From: Alphaproteobacteria bacterium
GTDB lineage: Bacteria > Pseudomonadota > Alphaproteobacteria > JABAAW01
Reading direction: 5' to 3'
DNA length: 64,000 nucleotides
Assembly: GCA_965216605.1 (NCBI GenBank)
Contig: CBDCGG010000002.1
Span: forward strand, 519,871 to 583,870
Made by a program: the position numbers and the translations under genes. The stretch's first letter is position 1; each line of letters begins with the position of its first letter. Under the pieces are notes generated by a model. It made no database searches. It was given only the letters and a program-made list of their open reading frames with translations, and was not told where the DNA came from. Of this stretch, positions 19,565 through 28,956 are shown one piece after another.

Positions 19565-21226
19565 TCAGCGCGAGATGCGCGGCGGCGTCGAGAAGCTGTG
19601 GAAAGGCGGTGGTGTCGAGACCGTCCACTCCAAAGTGGTCGCGCCCGCACCCCAGTAGTTGTCGGCAACCTTCTGCTTGCCGCGACCGCGCACCAAAACG
19701 ACGACAACCGTAGCGACGAAGAACAAAGTGGAGGCGAAAGAAAGATAGCTGCCGTAGGAAGAGACCGCGTTCCAACCCGCGTAAGCTTCGTTGTAGTCGA
19801 TATAACGGCGCGGCATGCCTGCCAATCCCAAGAAATGCTGCGGGAAGAAGACGATGTTCACGCCGATAAAGGTTGTCCAAAAATGAAGTTTGCCTGCCCA
19901 GTCAGGGATGACGCAACCGCTCATCTTGGTAAACCAATAATAGAAGCCTCCGAAGATGGCGAACACCGCGCCGAGACTGAGCACATAGTGGAAATGTCCG
20001 ACGACATAGTAGGTGTCGTGCAGTTGCACATCGACACCTCCAAGCGCGAGGACGACCCCCGTCACGCCTCCGATGGTGAAGAGCCCGATGAAGCCGATCG
20101 CCCACAGCATAGGCACAGCAAATCTAATCGAGCCGCCCCACATGGTAGCGAGCCAGCTGAAGATCTTGATGCCCGTCGGCACAGCGATGATCATAGTACC
20201 AACGCTGAAGTAGAGTTTGAGCATAAAGCCCATACCGACGGTAAACATATGGTGCGCCCAAACGACGCTTCCCAAGAAACCGATGGCGATCATGGCAGAG
20301 ACCATGCCTAGGTAGCCGAAAATGGGCTTGCGCGAGAAGGTCGAGACGATGTGACTGATGATGCCGAAGGCGGGTAGAATCATGACATAAACTTCGGGGT
20401 GTCCGAAGAACCAAAATAGATGCTGAAACAAGAGCGGATCTCCTCCCCCCTCAGGCACGAAGAAGGATGTGGCAAAGTTGCGGTCGGCGAGCAGCATCGT
20501 GATGGCACCGCCGAAGACGGGCATGGTCATGACAAGCAGGAAGGCTGTGATCAACATCGACCAGGCGAACAGAGGCATGATGCGAAGTGTCATGCCTGGT
20601 GCGCGCATATTGAAGATGGTGACGATGAAGTTGATCGCACCCAGAACGGAGGAAGCACCTGCCAAATGCATGGCGACGATAGCGAGATCAACCGAAGCGT
20701 TCGCGTGTCCGAGCGTCCCAGACAAGGGCGGATAGAGCGTCCATCCCGTGCCTGCACCGCCAACAAAGAGGGAAAGCACCAAAAGCAAAAGGGAGGGAGG
20801 GAGAAGCCAAAAACTGATGTTGTTCATGCGCGGAAAAGCCATGTCGGGCGCGCCGATCATGAGGGGGACAAACCAATTGCCGAACCCTCCGATCAAGGCG
20901 GGCATGACGGTGAAAAAGACCATGATCAAGCCGTGCGCGGTGATGAAGACATTCCATATGTGTCCATCGGGAGCGCCCGCGTTGAGAAAATACTGCACGC
21001 CCGGTTCTTGCAACTCCAGGCGCATAAGAAAAGAAATGCCACCACCAACCAGTCCTCCCACAATGGCGAAGACCAAGTACATCGTTCCGATGTCCTTGTG
21101 GTTCGTCGAAAAAAGCCAGCGTCCGATACCGTAGGGACGATGCTCTGCGTGAGAGGGAGATTTCCTTGAAGCAGCCTTTGCTTTTTTCTTTCCGTTCATG
21201 GTGATGCTTGCCATGGGGTTTTTCAC
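19565..21226 (-). CDS. ctaD: Cytochrome c oxidase subunit I
   Basis: The 553-aa protein carries canonical COX1 motifs ('[14 protein letters not shown]', 'WAHHMFTVG', '[13 protein letters not shown]'). Confidence 0.95.
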   Translation of the reverse strand: MKNPMASITMNGKKKAKAASRKSPSHAEHRPYGIGRWLFSTNHKDIGTMYLVFAIVGGLVGGGISFLMRLELQEPGVQYFLNAGAPDGHIWNVFITAHGLIMVFFTVMPALIGGFGNWFVPLMIGAPDMAFPRMNNISFWLLPPSLLLLVLSLFVGGAGTGWTLYPPLSGTLGHANASVDLAIVAMHLAGASSVLGAINFIVTIFNMRAPGMTLRIMPLFAWSMLITAFLLVMTMPVFGGAITMLLADRNFATSFFVPEGGGDPLLFQHLFWFFGHPEVYVMILPAFGIISHIVSTFSRKPIFGYLGMVSAMIAIGFLGSVVWAHHMFTVGMGFMLKLYFSVGTMIIAVPTGIKIFSWLATMWGGSIRFAVPMLWAIGFIGLFTIGGVTGVVLALGGVDVQLHDTYYVVGHFHYVLSLGAVFAIFGGFYYWFTKMSGCVIPDWAGKLHFWTTFIGVNIVFFPQHFLGLAGMPRRYIDYNEAYAGWNAVSSYGSYLSFASTLFFVATVVVVLVRGRGKQKVADNYWGAGATTLEWTVSTPPPFHSFSTPPRISR

Positions 21227-22203
21227 TCCTGTGCGTTGTGCGTTTGTGTGGCGAGAAGGTCGCCTTGCCGATTATTGTCTATATTCGCGGCGAATTGTTT
21301 TTTGGCTTTTCTGAGCCATATGACGAACTCGGCTTTGGAGACGACACGCACTTCGACGGGCATATAGGCGTGTCCCGCTCCGCAGAGCTCCGTGCAGAAT
21401 CCGTAATAGACGCCTTTCTTTTCGGCGGTGAGCCAAGTTTCGTTCACGCGCCCTGGCACGCCATCGATCTTGACGGCGAAGCTCGGCACAGACCACGAGT
21501 GCAACACATCGGCGGCGGTGACGAGCACGCGCACCTTAACGCCGACGGGCAGGACGAGCGCGTTGTCGGTCTGCAGCAGGCGTTTGGATTTGTCTTTGAG
21601 ATCGTCTCCTTGGAGCAGGTTGGAGTCGAAGGTGAGTCCGTCGTGGTCGGGATATTCGTAAGACCAATACCACTGATGTCCCGTAGCTTTGACGGTGAGG
21701 GAGGCTTCTGACACATCTTCGATGGCGCGCATGAGGTTGAAGGAAGGCACGAAGAGCACAACGAGAATAGCGACAGGGATGAGCGTCCAAATAACTTCCA
21801 GACGAACGTTGTGCGTCCTTTTCGAGGGCTTGGGGTTTCGTTTCTCGGAAAAGCGCCAACAGATGAACCCTCCCAGCACAAAGACAAGGAGGCAGATGGC
21901 AGTGAGGACGGGCATCAGAAGGTTGTCGTGAAAGTCGAAGGCTTGACGAGCGAGCGACGAGGCAGGCTCTTGAAACCCAGTCTGCCAATTGTGCGAGGCG
22001 CCCACCGCCTCACCCTCTTGAGCAAGCGCTTGAGAAAACCCTTGAGAAAACGATTGGAAGAGCAGAAAAACGACAGCAATCACAAACGCTTTGGTAAACG
22101 TTTTTGCAAAAACTTGCGCAAGAACCCGCGCCTTTACGATACGGACAAGATAAACAAAACTCATGCCCCTATCATAGATACAACGACACGGTCTTTTCAA
22201 CAA
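21223..22203 (-). CDS. ctaC: Cytochrome c oxidase subunit II
   Basis: It has two TM helices plus a cupredoxin CuA centre '[12 protein letters not shown]' and 'HSWSVPSF'. Confidence 0.9.
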   Translation of the reverse strand: MLKRPCRCIYDRGMSFVYLVRIVKARVLAQVFAKTFTKAFVIAVVFLLFQSFSQGFSQALAQEGEAVGASHNWQTGFQEPASSLARQAFDFHDNLLMPVLTAICLLVFVLGGFICWRFSEKRNPKPSKRTHNVRLEVIWTLIPVAILVVLFVPSFNLMRAIEDVSEASLTVKATGHQWYWSYEYPDHDGLTFDSNLLQGDDLKDKSKRLLQTDNALVLPVGVKVRVLVTAADVLHSWSVPSFAVKIDGVPGRVNETWLTAEKKGVYYGFCTELCGAGHAYMPVEVRVVSKAEFVIWLRKAKKQFAANIDNNRQGDLLATQTHNAQE

Positions 22204-22236
22204 AAATTTCTGACCTGCTCGGCTTTAAGTTTTTTG

Positions 22237-23907
22237 CTAGGGTTTGCATAACATGAGTCCATAGAAGGGTTTTAGTTTCTCTGCTTTTTCAGGACATTGG
22301 GAGAGGGTAGGCAAGCGCACGCCACTCAAACCGCTGTCGTAATAATTGAAAAAGATCGGTATCGCCCAGTCTACTAGGCTCGTATCAGGCACGACAAACC
22401 ACCCCCCATGCTTCTCCGCCTGTCGCACATCGTATGAGCGCAAGAATGCATACTTGCCATCCTTTCTCATCCTTTGGACGGAGATATAAAGCAGGCAGGC
22501 AACAACAATAAACACGACGATTCTTTGAACGCGCGAAAAAGGAGGTTGCTTCTCGTCGGGCGCGAGCAGGAAAACAAGAAAGAGCACAGGTAGCCACCAG
22601 TTCTGCGGCGCATGGCGAAAAGAAAAACCCACATTGAACGAAAGTATCGAGACGGCGACCCCTGCCAAGACGAGCAACCCTCCTCGGTGTCGCACAAAAA
22701 ACACCAGTGTCAAACACAGAAGCAAGGCGCCGCTAAACAAAGAAGAAAAACCATGCAGAAACGATTGCAAGTTCAGAGAAGAAAACGGCGGTAAAGGAAC
22801 GGGAGTCCAATTGGAAGTTTCTGCCGTTTTTGAAAACAGCGCAATCCACCATTTCTCGTACTGCGACTTTCCTGAAAAGACGGGGCTTGATTCCTCCAAA
22901 AAAACTATCTCTTGTTTCTCTTCGCCGAACACGATAGCGGGATAAAAAGGATGGACAGGGTTTCCATGCAGGTAAGCGTTTGTCGAGTAAGGGAAGAAGC
23001 CGAATAAGACGACCCCCAAAATCGTAGCCGCACTCCCCAGCCCCGCCAGTTGCAAAAGCGTCTTTCGGCTTGCGCCTCGCCGTGCGCCGTAGGCAAGAGC
23101 CGTCATCCCCAAAACACCCCCAAAAACAAGCCCTGTGAACTTGATGTTGACAAGCAGCACGAGAAGACACGCGACATAAACAGCTGTCCTTAGTCGTATC
23201 GTTCGGCTTTGTGCTTTGCCCTCCGAGACAAAACAAAGCATGAGCAAGAAAGCGCTCAGCAGCGTCGAGACAAGCAAGCCGTCGTTGAGGTGGGAGAAAA
23301 AACACATGGCAACAATGGGGTTTGCCGCAAGCAGAGCAGCCAAAACATTGCGCCAAGAACGAGACAAGCGCGGCAGGGTTTCGAAGAAACGTCTTGCGCA
23401 CAGAAACGCTGCCAGAGCGGATAGAACCGAAAAGGCAAAGCTCGCCTCGAATGTTTGCGTCCATACAATCAGCGAGGCAGAAAGCAGCCAGTGCGCTGCG
23501 GGGTAAACATGAGTGACCCAACTGCTGGGTTGCCAGTAAGGATTGACATCCTCCAACAAATCAAGAATTGCTTGAGCATGGTAGCCGCGAGAATCCCATT
23601 CTCTGTCCAAGGTGAAACTCAAAGCCCATGCCGCGAGCGCAAAGACTGCCAAAAGCAGCAACAAGGTTGCAGCCAATCTCTGCCATTTTTCTTCTCGATG
23701 CAGTGCGACGACCGCTCCTCCCCACAGCAACAGCCCTGTCGGAAAGACCCAACGACCCCTCTCTATATCGATGCCTATATCGGCAAGCAGAGCAAATGCC
23801 GCCGTCATGTACAGAACGGGCAGAAACAACACCGCTGCTGTCAGCAACAGCTCTTCCACGAAAAAACTCCGTATTTTTCTGACCTGCTCGGCTTTCAGTT
23901 TTTTCAT
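22237..23907 (-). CDS. Paralog 1 of a 5-member tandem family of ~560-aa polytopic membrane proteins (putative GT-C-type glycosyl/arabinosyltransferase; function inferred from context only)
   Basis: It has about 13-14 predicted TM helices and a C-terminal soluble domain ending 'GGWFVVPD...NYYDSGLSGVRLPTLSQCPEKAEK'. Its start codon overlaps the stop of paralog 2 (TCAT). Family motifs are 'SFFVEELLL..VLFLP.LYMTAAFALL.DIGID.ERGRWVFPTGLLLWG', 'HWLLSASL.VWT' and 'NIKFTGLVFGG.LG.TALAYGARRGASRKT'. Confidence 0.75.
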   Translation of the reverse strand: MKKLKAEQVRKIRSFFVEELLLTAAVLFLPVLYMTAAFALLADIGIDIERGRWVFPTGLLLWGGAVVALHREEKWQRLAATLLLLLAVFALAAWALSFTLDREWDSRGYHAQAILDLLEDVNPYWQPSSWVTHVYPAAHWLLSASLIVWTQTFEASFAFSVLSALAAFLCARRFFETLPRLSRSWRNVLAALLAANPIVAMCFFSHLNDGLLVSTLLSAFLLMLCFVSEGKAQSRTIRLRTAVYVACLLVLLVNIKFTGLVFGGVLGMTALAYGARRGASRKTLLQLAGLGSAATILGVVLFGFFPYSTNAYLHGNPVHPFYPAIVFGEEKQEIVFLEESSPVFSGKSQYEKWWIALFSKTAETSNWTPVPLPPFSSLNLQSFLHGFSSLFSGALLLCLTLVFFVRHRGGLLVLAGVAVSILSFNVGFSFRHAPQNWWLPVLFLVFLLAPDEKQPPFSRVQRIVVFIVVACLLYISVQRMRKDGKYAFLRSYDVRQAEKHGGWFVVPDTSLVDWAIPIFFNYYDSGLSGVRLPTLSQCPEKAEKLKPFYGLMLCKP

Positions 23908-25586
23908 TGAGGTTTGCACAATGTCAGTCCACTGTAGAGTTCGCGCTTCGGAGCATTGTACGGACATTGGGACATCGTAGGCAAGCGCACGCCGCTCAAA
24001 CCGCTATCGTAGTAATTGAAAAAGATCGGTATATGCCAATCTACCAGCATATTTGTGTCGGGAACGACAAACCACCCTCCCTCTTGTTCCGCTTGTTGCA
24101 CAACCTGTGCAAGCCATAGTGCCTCCCTGTGACGGAACCTCAGCCTTTGGACGGAGAGATAAAGCAGGCAGGCAACAACAACGAACACCACGATTCTTTG
24201 GGCTCTTTGTGCGCGCAAAAAAGAAGATTGCTTCTCGTCGGGCGCGAGCAGAAAGACAAGCAAGAGCACAGGCAACCACCAGTTCTGCGGCGTGAGGCGA
24301 AACGCGAAGCTCACACGCGTCGAGATAACGGATACCATAACCCCTGCCAAGACGAACCACGCTCCTCGGTGTCGCACAAAAAACACCAGCGTCAGACACA
24401 GAAGTAGCGAGCCGCTAAACAAAGTGCCGAAGCCGCCATAAAAAGCCTCGTATTGACGCAAAGAAAACGGCGGCAAAGGAGCAGGAGTCCAATAATCTTT
24501 CCCTCTTTCCGAGAACAGCGAAATCCACCATTTCTCGTACGAAGACTTGGCGTAGAATTCTTTGTCAAAAAGCCTGCCGACGATGTCCTTTGTTTTATCT
24601 TTCTCGGCAAAGGAGATCGCAGGGTAGAAGGGGTTTTTATGCAGCGCCATGTTCGTCGCGTAAGGGAAGAAGCCAAATAGGGCGACCCCCAAGATCGCCG
24701 CACCGCTGCCAAGCCCCGCAAGATGTACAAGCGTCTTTCTACTTGCTCCGCGTCGCGCGCCGTAAGCCAGTGCCGTCAGCCCCAGTATGCCGCCGTAGAC
24801 GAGCCCCGTGAACTTGATGTTGACGAGGAAGATTAATAAAGACGCAATACAAAAGGCGGCTCGAAAGCGTATCGTTCGACTTTGTGCTTTACCCTCAGAG
24901 ACAAAGCACAACATGAGCATGGATACACTCAATAACGTCGAGACAAGCAAGCCATCGTTATAGTGGACGAAGAAACACCATGTTGCGACGGGGTTGGCAG
25001 CGAGCAGGAATGCCAAAACATTGCGCCAAACACCAGACAAGTGCGATAGGGTTGGCGTTGCCAAAAAACGCCTTGCGCACAGAAACGCCGCCACGACAGC
25101 AACGCCTGTCAAGGCAAAGCTTGCCTCGAAACTTTGCGTCCATACAATCAGCGAGGCAGAAAGTAGCCAATGCGCTGTGGGATAAGTGTAGGTGATCCAG
25201 CTTCTAGGCTCCCAGTAGGGATTGACTCCCTCCAACAAGCCAAGAATTGCAAGAGCATGGTAGAAGCGTGAGTCTTGTCCCCTATCCAAATAAAGACTCG
25301 TCGCCCACGCCGTGAGCGCGAATACCGCCAAGAACAACAGCAGCGTTGCCACCAACTTCTGCCACTTTTCTTCTCGATGCAGTGCCACGATCGCTATGCC
25401 CCACAGCAACAGCCCTGTCGGAAAGACCCAACGACCCCTCTCCATATCGATGCCTATATCGGCAAGCAGAGCAAATGCCGCCGTCATGTACAAGATCGGC
25501 AGAAACAACACCGCTGCTGTCAGCAACAGCTCTTCCACGAAAAAACTCCGTATTCTTCTGACCTGCTCGACCTTCAGTTTTTTCAT
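23904..25586 (-). CDS. Paralog 2 of the tandem polytopic membrane-protein family
   Basis: It has the same architecture. Its N-terminal ~60 aa are nearly identical to paralog 1 ('MKKLK.EQVRRIRSFFVEELLLTAAVLFLP'). Its stop overlaps the paralog 1 start, and its start overlaps the paralog 3 stop. Confidence 0.75.
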   Translation of the reverse strand: MKKLKVEQVRRIRSFFVEELLLTAAVLFLPILYMTAAFALLADIGIDMERGRWVFPTGLLLWGIAIVALHREEKWQKLVATLLLFLAVFALTAWATSLYLDRGQDSRFYHALAILGLLEGVNPYWEPRSWITYTYPTAHWLLSASLIVWTQSFEASFALTGVAVVAAFLCARRFLATPTLSHLSGVWRNVLAFLLAANPVATWCFFVHYNDGLLVSTLLSVSMLMLCFVSEGKAQSRTIRFRAAFCIASLLIFLVNIKFTGLVYGGILGLTALAYGARRGASRKTLVHLAGLGSGAAILGVALFGFFPYATNMALHKNPFYPAISFAEKDKTKDIVGRLFDKEFYAKSSYEKWWISLFSERGKDYWTPAPLPPFSLRQYEAFYGGFGTLFSGSLLLCLTLVFFVRHRGAWFVLAGVMVSVISTRVSFAFRLTPQNWWLPVLLLVFLLAPDEKQSSFLRAQRAQRIVVFVVVACLLYLSVQRLRFRHREALWLAQVVQQAEQEGGWFVVPDTNMLVDWHIPIFFNYYDSGLSGVRLPTMSQCPYNAPKRELYSGLTLCKPQ

Positions 25587-27292
25587 TGAGGTTTGCACAA
25601 TGCCAGCCCATCGAGGGGTCTCATTTTCTCTGCTTTGTCTGGGCATTGAAGCATCGTGGGCAAGCGCACGCCGCTCAAACCGCTGTTGTAGTAACGGAAA
25701 AAGGCTTCTGTGTGGTGTTTCATCTGCAGATCGGGCACGACAAACCACCCTCCTTGCCGCTCCGCCTGTCGCACAACTTGCGACAAGGCGACTGCCAGAT
25801 TGCCATGATACATCAGCCTTGCGACGGAGATATAAAGCATGCAGGCAACAACGACAAACACGATAGCTCTTTGCGCACGCGACAAAGAGCGCGACAAAGG
25901 AGATGACTTCTCGTCAGGCGCGAGCAGAAAGACGAGAAAGAGCATCGGCAGCCACCAGTTCTGTGGCGCGTGGCGAGAAGAAAGACCCACCCCGAACGAA
26001 AGAATCGAGACGCCAACCCCTGCCAAAACAAGCAACCCTCCTCGATGACGCACAAAAAACACCAGCGTCAGACACAGAAGTAGCGAGCCGCTAAACAAAG
26101 AGCCGAACCCGTCCAAAAAAGATATAGGGCTCAGCGAAGAAAACGGCGGCAAAGGAGCAGGAACTCTCCAATCTCCTTGCGTTTGTGAAAACAGCCCAAT
26201 CCACCATTCCTCGTATTGCAACCTTTCTAAAAAAACGGGGTTTGCTTCCTCCAAAAAAGCTATCTCTTGTTTCCCTTCGCCGAACACGATAGCAGGATAA
26301 AAAGGATGGACAGGGTTTCCATGCAGGTAAGCGTTCGTCGAGTAAGGGAAGAAGCCGAACAGAGCGACCCCCAAGAGAGCCGCACCACTGCCCAGTCCTG
26401 CAAGGCGGACAAGCGTCTTTCGGCTTGCGCCGCGCCTGACCCCGTAAGCCAGCGCCGTCAGTCCCAAAGCACCCCCGAAGACGAGCCCCGTGAACTTGAT
26501 ATTGATGAGAAATACAAGAAGACACACGATACAAAAGGCTGTCCGTCGCAAGCGTCGTTTGTTTTCCCTTTGAGAGCCTTCTTCGCAGACAAAGCAGAGC
26601 ATCAGCATAAAAACGCTCAAAAGCACGGATACCAAAAAGCCGTCGTTGTAGTTCATAAAAAAACAAGAGAACGCGATGGGGTTGCCAGCAAGTAACGCGG
26701 CGAGAAGATTGCGCTTCGAACGAGATGAAGCACGAGACAAGTGTGGCAGCGTTGCCAAGAAACGCCTTGCGCACAGAAACGCCGCCACGACAGCAATGAC
26801 GGTGAAGACAACGCTAGTCGTAAGGAGTTGTGTCCACACAACAAGCGAGGCAGAAAGCAGCCAGTGCGCTGTGGGATAAGTGTAGGTGATCCAGCTTCTA
26901 GGCTCCCAGTAGGGATTTCTTCCCTCCAACAAGCCAAGGATTGCACGAGCATGGTAGTGGCGAGAATCCCATTCAATATCCGCGAGGAAACTCGCCGCCC
27001 ACACCGCGAGCGCGAATATTGCCAAAACCAGCAATAGGGTTGCGAGCCGTCTCTGCCATTTTTCCTCTCGATGCAGTGCCGCGACCGCTATACCCCACAG
27101 CAGTAGCCCTGTCGGAAAAACCCAACGACCCCTCTCCATATCGATGCCGATGTCCGCAAGCAGAGCAAACGCCGCCGTCATGTACACAATGGGCAGAAAC
27201 AACACCGCCGCTGTCAGCAACAGCTCTTCCACGAAAAAACTCCGTATTCTTCTGACCTGCTCGGCTTTCAGTTTTTTTACTAGGGTTTGCAC
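25583..27292 (-). CDS. Paralog 3 of the tandem polytopic membrane-protein family
   Basis: It has the same architecture. The canonical ATG of paralogs 1 and 2 is replaced by GTA (Val), so a GTG 4 codons upstream is used as the start. Confidence 0.7.
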   Translation of the reverse strand: MQTLVKKLKAEQVRRIRSFFVEELLLTAAVLFLPIVYMTAAFALLADIGIDMERGRWVFPTGLLLWGIAVAALHREEKWQRRLATLLLVLAIFALAVWAASFLADIEWDSRHYHARAILGLLEGRNPYWEPRSWITYTYPTAHWLLSASLVVWTQLLTTSVVFTVIAVVAAFLCARRFLATLPHLSRASSRSKRNLLAALLAGNPIAFSCFFMNYNDGFLVSVLLSVFMLMLCFVCEEGSQRENKRRLRRTAFCIVCLLVFLINIKFTGLVFGGALGLTALAYGVRRGASRKTLVRLAGLGSGAALLGVALFGFFPYSTNAYLHGNPVHPFYPAIVFGEGKQEIAFLEEANPVFLERLQYEEWWIGLFSQTQGDWRVPAPLPPFSSLSPISFLDGFGSLFSGSLLLCLTLVFFVRHRGGLLVLAGVGVSILSFGVGLSSRHAPQNWWLPMLFLVFLLAPDEKSSPLSRSLSRAQRAIVFVVVACMLYISVARLMYHGNLAVALSQVVRQAERQGGWFVVPDLQMKHHTEAFFRYYNSGLSGVRLPTMLQCPDKAEKMRPLDGLALCKPQ

Positions 27293-28956
27293 AATGCCAG
27301 CCCATGGATGGGTATCATTTTCTCTGCCTTTTCAGGGCATTGGGAGAGGGTAGGCAAGCGCACGCCACTAAAGCCGCTGTCGTAGTAACGGAAAAAGGCT
27401 AAAGCCTTCCGTTTCATCAGCAGATCGGGGACAAGGAACCATCCTCCCTGCTGTTCCGCTTGTTTCACAACCCGCATTGTCTTGATTGCTGCCACGCCAT
27501 AAAAATTTGCGCTTTGGAAAGAGTCGTAGCACAAGCAAGCGACAACAGCGAACACCGCGATTCTTTGGGCTCTTTGCGCGCGCGACAAAAGATTTTTCTT
27601 CTCGTCGGGCGCGAGCAAGAAAACAAGAAAAAGTATAGGCATCCACCAGTTTTGCGGCGTGAGGCGGAAATGGAAACTGGCAGATGTCGAGAGAATGGAT
27701 ACCATGATACCTGCCAAAACGAACCACGCTCCTCTGTGTCGCACAAAAAACACCAAGCTCATACACAGAAGCCACGAGCCACCAAAAAGAGGTCCTAGGC
27801 TTGAGATGAAGGATGTGGGACGCAAAGAAGAAAAAGGCGGTAGAGGAGCGAGACGCCACTCGCCGTTCACCGGTTTGGAGAACAGCGAAAGCCACCATTT
27901 CTCGTAATGCGACCTTTTATAAAATTCTGGGGACACAAGGGGACGGGTTATGTCGCTTGTTTTCTTTCCCTTGTCAAAGAAGATTGCGGGGTAGAAGGGA
28001 TTTTTATGTAGCGCAGTGTTCGTCGCGTAAGGGTAGAAGCCGAATAGGGCGACCCCCAAAATAGCAGCCGCACTCCCCAACCCCGCCAGTCGCAAGAGCG
28101 TTGCGCGGCTTGCGCCACGCCGTGCGCCGTAAGCCAGCGCTGTCAGCCCTAAGATGCCGCCGAAGACGAGCCCCGTGAACTTGATATTGACGAGCAACAC
28201 GAGAAGACACACGATATAAACGGCGGCTCGAAGCTGTGTCGTTCGACTTTGCCTCTTGCCTTCCGAGACAAAGCAAAGCATGAGCAAGAAAACACTCAAC
28301 AGCGTCGAGACAAAAAAGCCATCGACACTGTGGACGAAGTAGCACCATATTGCGATGGGGTTGGCAGCGAGCAGGAACGCCAAAACATGACGCCAGAAAC
28401 GGGACAAGTGCTGTAGCGTTGCCAAATAACGCCTTGCGCACAGGAAGGCTGTCAGAACGGACAGAGCCGTGAAAGCAAAGCTCGCGGTGAAAAGTTTTGT
28501 CCATACAATCAGCGAGGAAGAAAGCAGCCAGTGAGCAGCGGGGTAGGTGTAGTAGACATAACGCGTGCCCCAAGTGTTGGGATGACGATAGGGATTTCCT
28601 CCATCCAACAACGCCAAAATAGATTGTGCATGGTAGGTGCGACCATCCCACCCTCTGTCCAAAAAGAAACTCGTAGCCCACGCCGCGAGCGCAAAGCCTG
28701 CCAATAACAGCAACAGCGTTGCCGCTTGTTTGTGCCACCTTTCCTCTCGATGCAGTGCCGCGACCGCAACTCCCCACAGCAGCAACCCCGTAGGAAAAAC
28801 CCAACGACCCCTCTCCATATCGATGCCTATGTCGGAAAGCAGAGCAAATGCCGCCGTCATGTACAAGACAGGCAGAAACAACACCGATGCCGAAAGCAAC
28901 AGCTCTTCCGAGAAAAAACGCCTTGCTCTTCCGATGGAAGCACCTATGGCTTGCAT
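27280..28956 (-). CDS. Paralog 4 of the tandem polytopic membrane-protein family
   Basis: It has the same architecture. A ~230-nt stretch of its 5' end (about 28680-28915) is near-identical to paralog 5 (about 30355-30595). It overlaps both neighbours by 13 nt. Confidence 0.75.
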   Translation of the reverse strand: MQAIGASIGRARRFFSEELLLSASVLFLPVLYMTAAFALLSDIGIDMERGRWVFPTGLLLWGVAVAALHREERWHKQAATLLLLLAGFALAAWATSFFLDRGWDGRTYHAQSILALLDGGNPYRHPNTWGTRYVYYTYPAAHWLLSSSLIVWTKLFTASFAFTALSVLTAFLCARRYLATLQHLSRFWRHVLAFLLAANPIAIWCYFVHSVDGFFVSTLLSVFLLMLCFVSEGKRQSRTTQLRAAVYIVCLLVLLVNIKFTGLVFGGILGLTALAYGARRGASRATLLRLAGLGSAAAILGVALFGFYPYATNTALHKNPFYPAIFFDKGKKTSDITRPLVSPEFYKRSHYEKWWLSLFSKPVNGEWRLAPLPPFSSLRPTSFISSLGPLFGGSWLLCMSLVFFVRHRGAWFVLAGIMVSILSTSASFHFRLTPQNWWMPILFLVFLLAPDEKKNLLSRAQRAQRIAVFAVVACLCYDSFQSANFYGVAAIKTMRVVKQAEQQGGWFLVPDLLMKRKALAFFRYYDSGFSGVRLPTLSQCPEKAEKMIPIHGLALCKP